Source: Eledone cirrhosa
Lineage: Eukaryota
Direction of reading: 5' to 3'
Assembly: GCA_964016885.1 (NCBI GenBank)
Contig: OZ024743.1
Coordinates: 178,870,001-178,934,000 of the forward strand
DNA length: 64,000 nt
The notes under the pieces were generated by a model. It did not search any database. It saw only the letters and a list, made by a program, of their open reading frames with translations, and had not been told where the DNA came from. This document shows positions 15,803 through 29,424 of the stretch, one piece after another. Made by a program: the position numbers and the translations under genes. The first letter of the stretch is position 1. Every line of letters starts with the position of its first letter.

Positions 15803-15860
<58 letters not shown>

Positions 15861-16001
15861 ATGCCGTAGAACACGCCAAATTTAGTCGGGTGCAAGCCGG
15901 ACGGGCCAAGAGTTATATATATTATAAAGATATGTCATATGTACAATATAAATATATACATATATTTGTGTATTTATATATTATATATATTAAATTTGAG
16001 A

Positions 16002-16182
16002 GGGAGGTGGATTGACAGTATCAGTAGTAGGTCGGACGCCATGTTGCAAAGCATGGCCCTATATGATCTGAGTTCAATTCCCACCGAGGTTAAATTTGCC
16101 TTTCATCCTTACGGGGTCGATAACATAAAGTAACAGTAATGCACTGGTATAAATGGTGACCTTGTGCCAAAAGTAAAAACAA
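16002..16182 (+). mobile_element. Meta-domain tRNA-SINE
   Basis: GAGTTCAATTCC box B; TTGCCTTTCATCCTTACGGGGTCGATAA. Confidence 0.8.
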
Positions 16183-16244
16183 TTATATATATTATAAAGA
16201 TATGTCATATGTACAATATAAATATATACATATATGTATGTATG

Positions 16245-19200
16245 TTCTTCTGGTTTTATAATTTCACAAAGTTTTACCAATAGAGAGAGAGTCGGTTTCT
16301 AACATAGACACAAGACTCTCTCATTGGAATTTACACAACATCAACTAGGTAGATATGTATCTTGCATGCATGTGTAGATATGGATGTTAGTGTATGTGTA
16401 GATGTGTATGTTTTGTGTTATATGTGTGCATGTGTATATGCTTTGTATTTGTACATGTGTATATGGAGTTATTAGATGCAAAATCTTTGGAATGTTTTAC
16501 ATATTTTTACTGTTCCATTAATGGATTGTACTTGTAGTTTCCTAACTAGTTGTGTTCTTTCTGTTCCTGTGAAGCCTAGCTTCTCAAGATTTGTATTGAG
16601 GCAGTTACTAACATATCCCAGTGCCCCAATAATCACAGGCATAAATCTGAAGGTGTAATCAGGCTGGAATATCTGCTGATTTCTCATCAGTTCTGCATAA
16701 ATATTCTCCTTTTTACTAATCTTTGATATTATATTGGCATCTACTGTGCATGTTTTCTTCTATCTGTCCCATATCATAATATCTGGTCTGTTATGCCTAC
16801 TTTTTATTGGGGTTTTTACTGGAACATTCTACCAGTACACTTTCATATTATGTACATGGATATCTTCCACATTGTTGTAGCTTTTAATGTGTTTATTATC
16901 GGGGCTATCTTTTCTACGAACTGCATTATACAGTGTATTGGCCACTACATCATGCCTCATAGGTAGATAGTACCACGATGACATCTTTGGACAGCTGCTA
17001 ATGACAGGGGTGATATCCTCGATTTTAGTTCTGCAGATTCTGCACTTGTTATCACATCTAGGTGTTTTGCCTGCATCCCTATCTCTTTTGTGAATCAGGT
17101 ATTTCGTGCTAATCTCCTGTTCCTGGATTGCAAAAGCATATCCTTCAATGTGGGAGCCAATATAACGGTTGTTGGTCCAAGATAGACTACTTTCCTTATC
17201 TATATTACTCTCACTCTGAAGCTTCCTGGCAACATATCCATGCATCATTTTTTGGCTGATAGGCATGCAGTTTTTCATCCATGGATTCACTGCGATACTG
17301 CTGAGCGACATCCCTGCTGAGCTCCTGCTGACATACTGCTGAGATACTACGCTTCGAGGTTCGTAGATGTTGTCGGAGAGATATGATGCGACATTCAAAT
17401 GTTGTCTGGACTGATGTTAGGCCTCTGCCTCCCTGATTACGTTTCAAGTAAAGGCGGTCTATGTCACTGTTGATGGGGAAGTTCCGGTGTTGTTCAGTAT
17501 TTTTCGAGTTCCAACATCAACTGCTCGGATTTCGTCTATCGTCCAATTGAGTATTCCAAACGTTGGTGTTAGGTGTTAGGACCGGCACAGCAAACACATT
17601 GTGAGCCACTGTTTTGTTTTGCGCAGAGAGTTCCGATGACCAGATCTTTCTTAATCGGGTGCAGTATTCCAAGATTACGCGTTCTTTATTACAGATACCA
17701 TTATAGGATATGTTCTCATCTATCCCCAGGTATCTGTAGTAGTCCTCATCAGATATCGGTGAAACAGTTAGACCATTGATGACAATGTTGCTAGATTGGG
17801 TTGTTGTTTTTCCCCGCTTTACAGTCATGTATGAGCATTTATCTTGGCCAAACTCCATTCCTATATCCTTTGAGAACGTTGTAACCAGGTCAAGATTTTT
17901 CTTCATCCCATCCATAGTCTTGGCATAGAGTTTCAGATCGTCCACAAAGAAGTTATGGGTTAGGTTCGTATTTCTGTCCTCCTGTGAGCCAATGATGTAT
18001 CCCTCACATTTCTTGAGCAGAAAGGACAAGGGGTTTAATGACAAGATGAACAATATCACAGAGAGACAGTCCCCCTGAAATATACCCCTGCAATATTTTA
18101 TTTTATCAGTGAAAACAGTCCTCCCTCTCTGTCTTTAACCTTAGGATAGTAGCCCAAGAAGAAGACAGCCTCTCTATGGCTCTGACAATAATGTCTGGGA
18201 CTTTAGCAAGTTGGAGGGCCTTTATCATCCAAGTGTGGGGAACAGAATCGAAAGCTCTCTTGTAGTCCAGCCAGACTGTAGTCATATTCCTCCTAAGTTG
18301 TCGCACCTCTGACATCGCAGTTTTGTTGATTAGGAGTTGTTCAGCACATCCCCAAACCCTTTTCTTTCCTGCTGCTTGTTCATCTGTGATAATGTTATTA
18401 TTTTCACAGTGATCTTGGAGGAATAGGTTGAGGCAGGCTGTATACATCCTATACATCAGGTTCTAGCATGCAATGGGTCGGTAGTTTTTTGCCAAGTTGG
18501 TGTCTTTGTTCTTGGGGACCAGTAACGTTTATGTTAATGTCAACCATTCTGGTATAAGTGTATCTCCCTTAAGAACTTGTTGTAGAGGTCAGTAAGATAC
18601 CTCGGATAGAATATTAGTTTTCTGCACCAGTAGCCGACAATTATGTCTCTTCCTGGTGTTTTCTTATCTTGGAGTTTTCCTATCACAGTCTCAAGGGTAC
18701 CCTCACTTATTTCGTATGTTTTTGTTCTAGTGTAGGAACAATAGTTCTTTAGGATTTCTCTCAGCCACACTGCATCTTGGTTGAAATTCTTCTTTTAACC
18801 CCATATTTTTCTCCAAAAAGAATCTGTCTTTCTGGGATGGGGCCTCAGTGACACTTATTATTTTGCCCTTCATATCTCTATAGCCTGATGTTTGGTTTCG
18901 TCTGAATCTTTTATTAAGCATTTTTCTCTCATCTACCTTCTTCAGGTATCGGCGTTTTTCGCTAAGAGCTCTCAATTCTTGTTTGAGGGTGATCAGCTTA
19001 TATTGGAGAGTTCTGGTTCTACTGTTACCAAACATCGTCTCTATTTTATTTTTCACTCTTTGTTGGTGAGGAGTGAGGTTTTTTGTGTTTGTTTGCATGT
19101 AAGGAGCATTGTCACATGTCCTATGTTTTTTCGTAGGTCAGCACTCTTTTTTTCTATTTTAGTTATATATGATGGTATTTTTGGTGGTGTTTTGTTCTTG

Positions 19201-20261
19201 TTAATATCTCTGCTATCACCAAGATAATGCTTCATAGTCATTGCTAAGGCATATAAACAGGCGTTGATTTGCCAAAATGTTGGGATTTTTATCCGTCGTA
19301 AATATTCATCCCCTATTTCGTCAATAACACTTAGTATTTCATTATTTGGTTTTTTATTCACCATTGTCATTTTAACACATTTAGCCAGAGAGATATTTAT
19401 ACATGAGTTAATTTCTCTCTGGAAGATTTCGTTGAGGGAAATTTTCAATTGTTTATACTTTTGATTATCATTATCGATAGTATTTTCAACAACAGTCGAG
19501 GTAGACTCGGATGGTATCCGTGGTGTCACATTTATTCGATTATTATTATTATTTCTTCGATTATTATTATTATCGATAGTGTTTTCTCCAGCATTCGAGG
19601 TAGAATTAGATGGTACAGGTGGTGTCAAATTTCTTACAGGCATAGTTGTTTCAAGGCGCTGTTCAACCTGGCTGCTAGGAAGTCTAGCAGCATGGCGATC
19701 TGTAGCACGTGTTGTTGATTCCATGTTTGTTGTGGGGGACTTACAATTAATAATATTTATCTTATTTTTACGTTCAACAAACGTCGCTTGTTGGCGTAAT
19801 TGTTTCGCTGTGAAATAATTAAGCTCTGGGTGCATTTTGTCCCAGTGTAGCTTCATTCTATTCATATAGCCAATAGAGGGATTGTTTTTTGCCACTTTAT
19901 AACAATTAAATAAATCATTATTAAGTTCGCAACTCCAAGAGAAATGCGATTTATAATTTGGGTTTCTTCTGTAGCTACAACGGAATAAAGTTTGATTACC
20001 TTCTTTGTTATTTGTCTTCGATACTTCCTTAATTATTTTGTCGATGTTGTGTTCAGCCATGCTGTTTTTAGCAAATCCTTGTAAAATGAATTATGTATTT
20101 AGTCGGATTCGAATAAAATGTGTCTTCAGAAGGGATAGTTAGAAGAATAACCAGTTATTCAACCTGGCTGTAGTTGTGGCATTACTGTCGGAGATAGTAT
20201 TCATCTTAAATTTAATAAATAGTCTCCCACGCCAAAATATGCGAATAATCGCGTTGACTGT
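16245..20261 (-). mobile_element. Near full-length R4/Dong-like RLE non-LTR retrotransposon, family A (inactivated)
   Basis: ORF pieces 19053-20060 (N-terminal Myb-like WSCELN...YMNRMKLHW), 18106-18456 (WLDYKRAFDSVPH), 17517-18059 (FVDDLK), 16829-17398 (CRIC...SSC, RHD); frameshifts and stops; (TACA)n at both ends. Confidence 0.92.
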
Positions 20262-20369
20262 TATGTATGTATGTATGTATGTATGTATGTATGTATGTAT
20301 GTATGTATGTATGTATGTATGTATGTATGTATGTATGTATGTATGTATGTAGGTATGTATGTATGTATG

Positions 20370-20669
20370 TTCTTCTGGTTTTATAATTTCACAAAGTTTT
20401 ACCAATAGAGAGAGAGTCGGTTTCTAACATAGACACAAGACTCTCTCATTGGAATTTACACAACATTAACTAGGTAAATATATATGCATGTCTGCATGTG
20501 CAGGTATGGATGTTATTGTATGTGTGGATGTGTATGTTTTGAGTTGTATGTGTGCATGTGTATATGCTTTGTATCTGTTCATGTGTATATGCAGTTATTA
20601 GATGCAAAACTTTTGGAATGTTTTACATATTTTTACTGTTCCATTAATGGATTGTACTTGTAATTTCCT
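20370..20669 (-). mobile_element. Family A 3' fragment
   Basis: Same 3' UTR and ORF end ([16 protein letters not shown]); (TACA)n tail. Confidence 0.9.
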
Positions 20670-20756
20670 ATGTATGTATATATGTATGTATGGTTGTTTA
20701 CACATGTATACATGTACTATATATATAAATATATATATATATATATACATACAGAT

Positions 20757-20822
<66 letters not shown>

Positions 20823-20934
20823 GCAGATATGTGTGTATGGGTGCATGTGTCATTCAGATTGATTGAATATGCATAGTAGGTAAGCTTGTATATATACATA
20901 TGTATGTATGTATGTATGTATGTATGTGTGTATG

Positions 20935-21410
20935 TTCTTATGGTTTTATAATTTCACAAAGTTTTACCAATAGAGAGAGAGTCGGTTTCTAACATAGACA
21001 CAAGACTTCTCTCATTGGAATTTACACAACATTAACTAGGTAGTTATGTATGTATGCATGCATGTGTAGATATGGATGTTATTGTATGTGTGGATGTGTA
21101 TATTTTGAGTTGTATGTGTGCATGTGTATATGCTTTGTATCTGTACATGTGTATATGCAGTTATTAGATGCAAAATTTTTGGAATGTTTTACATATTTTT
21201 ACTGTTCCATTAATGGATTGTACTTGTAGTTTCCTAACTAGTTGTGTTTTTTCTGTTCCTGTGAAGCCTAGCTTCTCAAGATTTGTATTGAGGCAGTTAC
21301 TAACATATCCCAGTGCCCCAATAATCACAGGCATAAATCTGAAGGTGTAATCAGGGTGGAGTATCTGCAGATTTCTCATCAGTTCTGCATAAATATTCTC
21401 CTTTTCACTA

Positions 21411-21412
<2 letters not shown>
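20935..21412 (-). mobile_element. Family A 3' fragment
   Basis: ORF 21164-21379 (PVIIGALG...KICKTFQKF) plus 3' UTR. Confidence 0.9.
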
Positions 21413-21441
<29 letters not shown>

Positions 21442-21461
21442 TGTATGTATGTATGTATGTA

Positions 21462-22073
21462 TTGTGTCAGGTCACCAGTTGGTGCTACTGGTAACATGTA
21501 TCCCAGTACAACCTGTCTCATGGTCGGGTCGTTGGCGACTAAACTGGCAACCCCACCAAGGTTTCTTGGTGAGGAGGGTGACTTTGGACATCCTGCAGGA
21601 CTAAAAACAAAACCTGTCAAAGGGCAAAGGAGCTCTTAAGAGTCAATGGCCATCCAAAATCACCGGGAGAGATGACCCCTTAGCCTTTGTCAAGGCAGAA
21701 TTCTAGGAGAAGGAAAACTCTGATATAACACCTGCAACCCTGATGGTATCCAATGATGTTGACTTGTTCTTCTTTTTGGTAAATATCATCTTGGTTAAGA
21801 GAGTGGGACTGGCTTTGTGCAGTGCCTTTGCTCACTATAAAAGCTTCACGGCACAGGCATTGCTTTATATCTGGAGATCTCTCTGCACTTGTCGTCACAT
21901 GGTACCATGGGCCCAGCACTATGTGTCAATAGTTGTCACAGGTGTAGTGTTTGTACCAGAGTTTTCAAGTCACTGGCTGGACTAAAAAGTCACACTTGTT
22001 CAGGGCATCGGTAGGGGTTCTCCTACATGGATATAAAGTAGTGGCCGTACTCGAAAACGAGTTGGCAGCCACC
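21462..22073 (+). mobile_element. ~610-bp non-autonomous RTE-derived element, family 1
   Basis: RTE-type 5' UTR motif AAGGCAG...CTAGGAGAAGGAAAACTCTGA; 3' stem-loop GTGGCCGTACTCGAAAACGAGTTGGCAGCCAC followed by (ATGT)n; no coding capacity. Confidence 0.7.
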
Positions 22074-22136
22074 ATGTATGTATGTATGTATGTATGTATG
22101 TATGTATGTATGTATGTATGTATGTATGTATGTATG

Positions 22137-22748
22137 TTATGTCAGGTCACCAGTTGGTGCTACTGGTAACATGTATCCCAGTACAACCTGTCTCATGGTC
22201 GGGTCGTTGGCGACTAAACTGGCAACCCCACCAAGGTTTCTTGGTGAGGAGGGTGACTTTGGACATCCTGCAGGACTAAAAACAAAACCTGTCAAAGGGC
22301 AAAGGAGCTCTTAAGAGTCAATGGCCATCCAAAATCACCGGGAGAGATGACCCCTTAGCCTTTGTCAAGGCAGAATTCTAGGAGAAGGAAAACTCTGATA
22401 TAACACCTGCAACCTTGATGGTATCCAATGATGTTGACTTGTTCTTCTTTTTGGTAAATATCATCTTGGTTAAGAGAGTGGGACTGGCTTTGTGCAGTGC
22501 CTTTGCTCACTATAAAAGCTTCACGGCACAGGCATTGGTTTATATCTGGAGATCTCTCTGCACTTGTCATCACAGGGTACAATGGGCCCAGCACTATGTG
22601 TCAATAATTGTCACAAGTGTAGTGTTTGTACCAGAGTTTTCAAGTCGCTGGCTGGACTAAAAAGTCACACTCGTTCAGCGCATCAGTAGGGGTTCTCCTA
22701 CATGGATATAAAGTAGTGGCCGTACTCGAAAACGAGTTGGCAGCCACC
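22137..22748 (+). mobile_element. Second tandem copy of RTE-derived family 1
   Basis: Near-identical to 21462-22073 at 675-bp offset. Confidence 0.72.
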
Positions 22749-23399
22749 ATGTATGTATGTATGTATGTATGTATGTATGTATGTATGTATGTATGTTTAT
22801 TTCTCGATAGCTATTTGTATTACTCTTTGCATTCATTATGCTAATAACTAAGTATTCTTCATATAGAAGACTTCTCTAGATTATTTCTTCTGAAAGCAAT
22901 TCTATAACTACACCAATCTATGTCTTTCCTTTTAGATTTATTTAGTAATAGTATCATGGCTATACTTCCAACAATAGTAAAGACTCTGCCTCACTGAAGA
23001 TGTCATAATTAAAGGGAAATGTTTCACCGTTAGTATGCTGTAAAATTAAAGTAATAATCATGATTAACTACTAAGGATTTCTTCACCGTATAACGACATT
23101 TCCTGGTTTATTTCTAGTTACCTTTTATTTATAGAATGACTCGTTCATCATCATCATCATCATCATTATCATCATCATCGTCGTCGTCATCGTCGTCATC
23201 GTCGTTACCCACTGCGTTTCTGAAATATATTGACACTATCTGTAGTAGTTACATATATATCGTTGTTGTTTTCTAACTAGTTGTATAACTGAACTTTTCG
23301 TATTTACTACTACTACTACTACTACTATCACCACCGCCGCCACCACCACCACCACTACCACTACCACCACTAATATTACTACTTCTAATAATAATAATA

Positions 23400-23492
23400 A
23401 TTGTTTCTACTTTTGGCACAAGGCCAGCAATTACCCAGTGTATTACTTGTACTTTATTTTATCGACCCCGTAAGGATGAAAGGCAAAGTTAA
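23400..23492 (-). mobile_element. Meta-domain SINE 3' fragment
   Basis: TTTTGGCACAAGGCCAGCAAT...TTTTATCGACCCCGTAAGGATGAAAGGCAAAG. Confidence 0.75.
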
Positions 23493-24500
23493 TACTTATA
23501 TTATTATGCTAAGTAGTATTGATATTGTTAATATTGTTGTTGTTGTTTTTGTTCTTGTAGTTTTGTTCAAGGGAAAATATAGCTGAAAAAAAAAAAATGA
23601 ATTCAGTAAACATAACCAACACAAAGTGAAATATTTAGCCAAATATTCTATTCTGCACTTTGATTCCATATGATATGAGACATCTCTAGAGAGAAACAGT
23701 AAATCATTTAGACGAAGGGTAATATTAAACAAGCGAATGTGTACATATGGTGAGAATATCAGACGTTGCAATCTGTTGCTAGATAATATTTAGTAGAATT
23801 GTTAAAATAAAGCAAGTAATAATCTACCAGATATTAATAGAGAACTGCTAAACTCTAGTAAATAGAAATTGCTTTCATTATAATTTATACGTAAATAATT
23901 AGTGTAAAATTAAATTGCCACTGTTTCACTTTAATTAGCAGTGAATATTCGCAACTTTCTGTATAATGATTGATTGTCTAAACTACTTATTGGAGTTATA
24001 TATCGATTAATAAGCGGCGAATTGTCTGAGCCATTTGAACGTTAGATAGAATGTTTTGTGGTATTCGATTCTGCTCTTTATTCTCTAAGTTCAAATCTCA
24101 CCGATGTCAACTTTGCCTTTCATCCATGTCTTCAGCCAGTCTTCAGCCAGTCTCCACTGATGATGTTTATGTTTAACCCCAAAACCAACCATGTTTGACC
24201 AGGCCAATGATCAACGGTATTTAAAGCCACTGCACTCTTGTTTTTAAGAAACAGGCTCCAGAGAGAAACAGACCTTATGCAATACTTGATTTTTAAGACA
24301 GTAGTGTTTGTTTTGAGAGAGAATTGGTTTCTATTTCTATTATTTAGAGAGACCATTTAGTGGTTTCATTGTTACCATAGATAGATCATGGTATTAGAAA
24401 AAAAATGCATTAATGAAGAATCATCTACAATATAGACTATATCGGAAATATATACATTCATACCTACACAGACATACATAAATACATACATACATAAATA

Positions 24501-25290
24501 CAAAGCCTGGCATGGAGTTCCGACAAGTTTATGACATCACACCTTGAGGGATATCTCTATGCAATACAGGAACAAGAACTCCCTACCAAATATCTGCTGC
24601 ACAAAAGAGGAGGGCCAGCAGCTGACAATAAATGTAGGCTATGTAAAACAAAGATCGAGGATGTAAGCCACATTGTTGCCAGCTGCGAAAGAATGTCATC
24701 TCGCTACTACCTCCCCATGAGACACGATGGGATAGCTAGAACCATCTGGAACGCACTTCGGAAAACAAAATTAACAACAAACGAGGAAGAATATATTGAG
24801 ACAGATGGCACTAAGGAATACTGGTGGAACCTGAAAATAAAAACTGCCCCCAAATTAAAGCACAACCGGCCTGATATTGTTGTTTGGGACCACACATTGA
24901 AAACGTGTTCTGTTGTGGAGATCAGCTGCCCACTTGATGTAAATGTTGTCAGAAAAATACAGGAGAAGCAGGACATCTACGGACCATTGATGACGAGTTT
25001 ACAAATCCAGTATCCAAGATACACCTCTAGCTTCATACCCATCATTATTGGAGCTACGGGTTATATACCAACCCGCTTGGACCAAAGTATGACTGAACTT
25101 GGATTTGCGGACAAAAAGCGCAGCTCCCTAATTCATAGTCTACAAATGGCTGCGATAGCTGGCACCTTCAAAATTTGCAAAACATTCTTGCGATTCAAGG
25201 GATGACAATTTCTTTTCTTTTACAACCTTGCCACCAGGAAGGTGGCCGGTCAAAAAAAATATACTCGAAATTAAGATAAAGAGATAATAA
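24501..25290 (+). mobile_element. 5'-truncated R4/Dong-like LINE, family B
   Basis: ORF 24531-25205: CRLC..H..ASC zinc knuckle, RHD, RPDIVVWD...VVEISCP RLE domain; nearly identical to 41964-42722; TACA flanks. Confidence 0.92.
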
Positions 25291-25302
25291 CATACATATA
25301 TG

Positions 25303-25390
<88 letters not shown>

Positions 25391-25428
25391 CATATATGTA
25401 TGTTATTATCTCTTTATCTTAATTTCGA

Positions 25429-25477
<49 letters not shown>

Positions 25478-25488
25478 CACACATATAT

Positions 25489-25521
<33 letters not shown>

Positions 25522-26056
25522 CGCATCACATATATATATATACATACATTCATACATACATATATATATATATATATATACCTATATCCCTCCCTTCTCC
25601 TTCATTCCTCTTCTATTTCTTCGTTTTCTTCCTTCCTTCCCTCCCCTTTTTGGCTATCTTTTCTTTTCTTCTTTCTCCCCCCTTCTTTGCTTTTATTTTT
25701 GTCATTATTATCTTTATCTTTATTTTTTATATATATATTTATCTCTTTATATCTACCCCCCACCTCTCTCTCTCTATCCATCCCTCTCACTATGATCAAT
25801 TTAATTCTCTTTAACTCACTACCATACACGACATGAAGTCTACATATCAAAACTGATCAAAGATTCCTTCCACCTCTACCCCTCCCTCCATCTCAGTTTG
25901 TCACTCTACTTCCTAACTTTTCTCCTTCCTCTCTCTCTATACTATTCCGTTTGTCCCCTCACCTTCTAATCCCTCTCTCTCTATACTAGTAAATACAATT
26001 CCAAATAAATTTTTTTCTCTATATATTAAGAACTATTTCAAGAGTAACTTACTCAC

Positions 26057-26158
26057 TATTTTGAAAATTTGGACTGTGAACAACAATTATAATTGAGTGG
26101 CTGCTATTTGCAGTATAGCAATATAAGGTTGCACTTTCCAATGAAACGGTCGTAAATA
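26057..26158 (+). ncRNA. Candidate type I hammerhead, U3-A8 variant, long stem II
   Basis: TATT-TTGAAAA-tTTGGA...TCCAAt-GAAA-C ggtc G-TA-AATA, downstream of a pyrimidine-rich tract. Confidence 0.5.
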
Positions 26159-26682
26159 CCTGGATAAAATCCTTCTCTTAATGTTTACCTGTGTTTTCTC
26201 TTTAATACTTTATACTCCAAGATTGAACGGAATTCTTAGAAACTTGTGGAGATACCCCTAACCGTACGTTGAAACCATCCATGAAACTGGCTTTCTTAAC
26301 CACGAACTGGATCACAATAAGCAATTTTCTGCTTCCCTAACTATATATATATATATATATAATGCTCTGATTTTTTGATTTTAATTTATTAATTCTTCAT
26401 TGAGCTTAAAAGTGAACAGTTGCAACACATATATGTATCCTTGATTTAATTTAATTTAATTTTATGTATGTGATAACCTCTATATTTAATAATCTCCCTT
26501 TCGGTTGAGATTAAATTTGGCGATATATGGCTGCGCTTTCTAGCAGCATGCCTACCCGCCGTAAGCGACCAATCACACGCTTTCTCTCTGGCTGGTATAC
26601 AGCTACATAGCGATCTTAGCCATTTTTGAATCTAAATTTGGCGCGGTCTGTCTGAGAAATTAAATGTCTATTTCTGAGTTTG

Positions 26683-26761
26683 TCTCCTGAAGATTCCTGA
26701 CTCAAAAAAGCATATCCATATTATTTGGATGTCCTAAACTAGGAAGAAACCATGGTAGAGA
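26683..26761 (+). ncRNA. Type I hammerhead ribozyme
   Basis: TCTC-CTGAAGA-TTCCTG...TAGGAA-GAAA-C catg G-TA-GAGA; canonical core, palindromic loop 3. Confidence 0.8.
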
Positions 26762-27121
26762 TATAATTACGGTATGTGCGCATTTCTTCTAAGTTTAATT
26801 TTACTACTAATTACGTGCGGTTGACGGTGTATTTGATCGGATTCTGCATGCTGCCGAAATGTTTGATAAATGGTGAACGGAGTTAACGCGAACTAGCTGC
26901 GGTCAGTTATTTGTCGGAGATTTCCCCGTTAGAAAATTTATTCTTAAAGCTTGCTAGATTTGATTATGTATATGGTTAACTATGCTGATTAGAAGAAGAA
27001 ATAGTATATATTTTAATATCTGATTAATTCTATAGACATGAGTTATGATATATATATATATATATATATACACATACACACATATATATACATACATACA
27101 TACATACATACACACACACAT

Positions 27122-27154
<33 letters not shown>

Positions 27155-27187
27155 CACACATATATATACATACATACATACATACAT

Positions 27188-27248
<61 letters not shown>

Positions 27249-27269
27249 CACACATATATACATACATTT

Positions 27270-27480
27270 GTGCGCTAGGCACGGAAATCGCACACCACAT
27301 GGAGAATAAAACATGCTCAAAGTCTGGCATGGCGTACCAATATCTCTCTTTGAAGGTTGCGTCTATGAAATTAGAACGCAACGGATTCTCACCAGATATT
27401 TGAATTGGTGCAGAGTAAAAGAAGCTCCCTAATTCATACCCTACAGAACATGTCGATATCTAGGAGTGTGGTGAATGTTA
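27270..27480 (+). pseudogene. Internally deleted relic related to Dong-like family B
   Basis: CAAAGTCTGGCATGG and the KRSSLIHTLQ segment match family B (KSLAW; KRSSLIHSLQ). Confidence 0.55.
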
Positions 27481-27532
27481 ACTCAATTTCAAGGAATAGT
27501 ACAAAAATGTTTTTCAATAATCTACGGCTCAG

Positions 27533-27716
27533 TATCTACTTTTGGCACAAGGCCAGCAATTATTTCAGTGCATTACTGGTACTTTATTTTATCAACACCG
27601 TAAGGATGAAAAGCAAAATTAACCTCGACGCGAGTTGAACTCAGACCATAAAGGGCCGTAACTCTATGCTGCAAATATAGCGTCTGACCCTCTATCGATA
27701 CTGCCAATCCACCGCC
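27533..27716 (-). mobile_element. Meta-domain tRNA-SINE
   Basis: Homologous to 1748-1932. Confidence 0.8.
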
Positions 27717-28835
27717 AGTGAATCTAATATCTAACAATCAGGTGGCCACCAGCCATCTAAACATCCGCCAGTATTTAACTATCTTCCTCTCCTCTGAATT
27801 GCGATCACAGAGTCCGGGTTTGACACCGAAGCAACAAGGCTAGAGGTGAAAAATGAGTCTTTAAACCGGTTGACTTCTTGGCCTTTTCTGTCTCAAATTT
27901 AAACAAATAATGCCTAATAAGTAAACATATAAATTATAAAAAAACAACCTTGCCTGCTTTACGTCATTTCACGTTTAAAGTGTTATATGTATACCGGCTT
28001 GGTTTATATAAATTTGAATACAAGTAAACAAGGTAGACCCGGTGAAGTGTCCTTGTGGAATATTTCTGTAGATGGTTCAGACAAAGTCAAGAGAAATCAT
28101 TCCCAACAAGGGGCCTGAATTAATTGAAAAATGTTCTGAAACAAAATTTCATTCAATTTTCTTCAGATTTTACACGATATATTTACCAATGTTGCGTTGA
28201 AAATTATTTCAGCGTGTATTTCCATTTACTTTCTCGAGCAAACTCCAGAAAAATGTACGCTTCAAGTGCATTTCTTATTTAATCTAAAAATATATATATA
28301 TATATATATATACAATATACAACAACAAAAAATTAAAAGAAGAGGAAAAAATAACAGTAACAAAAAAAAAAAAAAAAACAGAAAGGTCTTCTTTGATGTG
28401 AAGTATTTCTTATAGAAAGGTTGAGATATATGGTTGATAAAGTTAACCTGAAGGAAAAGGTTATTTGAGAATAGGCAAAAGAAATGAGGAAAAGAAGACA
28501 AGGAGAAGTGGGAAAAATATTAGTGGAAGGAATATAAGAAAATGTATTTGAAAGAATATAAAGAAGATGATAATGATAACGATGGTGATGATGGTAATGA
28601 GGAGGAAGAGAAGGGGGGGGGGAGGAAGAAGAAGAAGAAGAAGAAGAAGAAGAAGAAATCTATAATAAAGTAATATATTTCAATAAGTCTTCAAAAGCTA
28701 ACTTCACATATACACATAGTATCAATAACAGGCACAGCCATGGAGAAATACTACTCTTGTGAAAGTAAACAGATACACACATATATTTTTGATTATAATG
28801 GTCGTTCTCTCTCCCTCTCTACTTATTTATACAAC

Positions 28836-28873
<38 letters not shown>

Positions 28874-28919
28874 CAGCAGTGAGTGCTTCAAACTGCGCTG
28901 CCTATAGCAGTTGTTACAC

Positions 28920-28980
<61 letters not shown>

Positions 28981-29424
28981 ACAATGCGGAATTCTGTGCG
29001 TACATGTGCCTGGCTTTCTGGCTTCAGCAAATATAAAAATTGTACTTTAGTATTAAAGGACTTAAACTGCAAGCTGACATATGCCGCCGTCAGATCGTTT
29101 CAGATGAGTCTCATAAATGTAGCTTCTTCTTTTCATTCATTTATATATAATGTACGAATGGATCCATATCTCCTAGTGGAGTCGTATGTGTGCCGTAGTG
29201 AAATATACCGTTGAGGAATTTAAACATAACAAACCTCATCCTTCTCCAGGGGGATTTTCCCCAGAGAAAGAATGAGTGAGGTAGAGAGAAAGTTAGAATG
29301 AGATATAGAGGATGAATTAGCCCTAGTATTACACTGGTACCTTTTTATCGACCACGAAAAGATCGATCTCGGTGGGATTTGGTAACCACTCTGCCAATTT
29401 GCCGTTTAAGGTTCGATAATACTT

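Larger units (their letters stand above)
15452..15809. mobile_element. Asymmetric fold-back element with U3-A8 hammerheads
   Basis: 15452-15597 is the reverse complement of 15602-15746; tail to 15809; same family as 30627-31657. Confidence 0.85.

Noticed and set aside
21468-21600. HDV-like or twister ribozyme at the 5' end of the RTE-derived element
   Set aside because: Some pairings exist (GGTCACC/GGTGACT, CCAGT/ACTGG) but I could not assemble the nested pseudoknot or twister core, and pairings differ in family 2
27780-28120. Possible host exons in non-repetitive sequence
   Set aside because: The candidate minus-strand acceptor near 28115 leads to stops in all three frames; no recognisable protein motif
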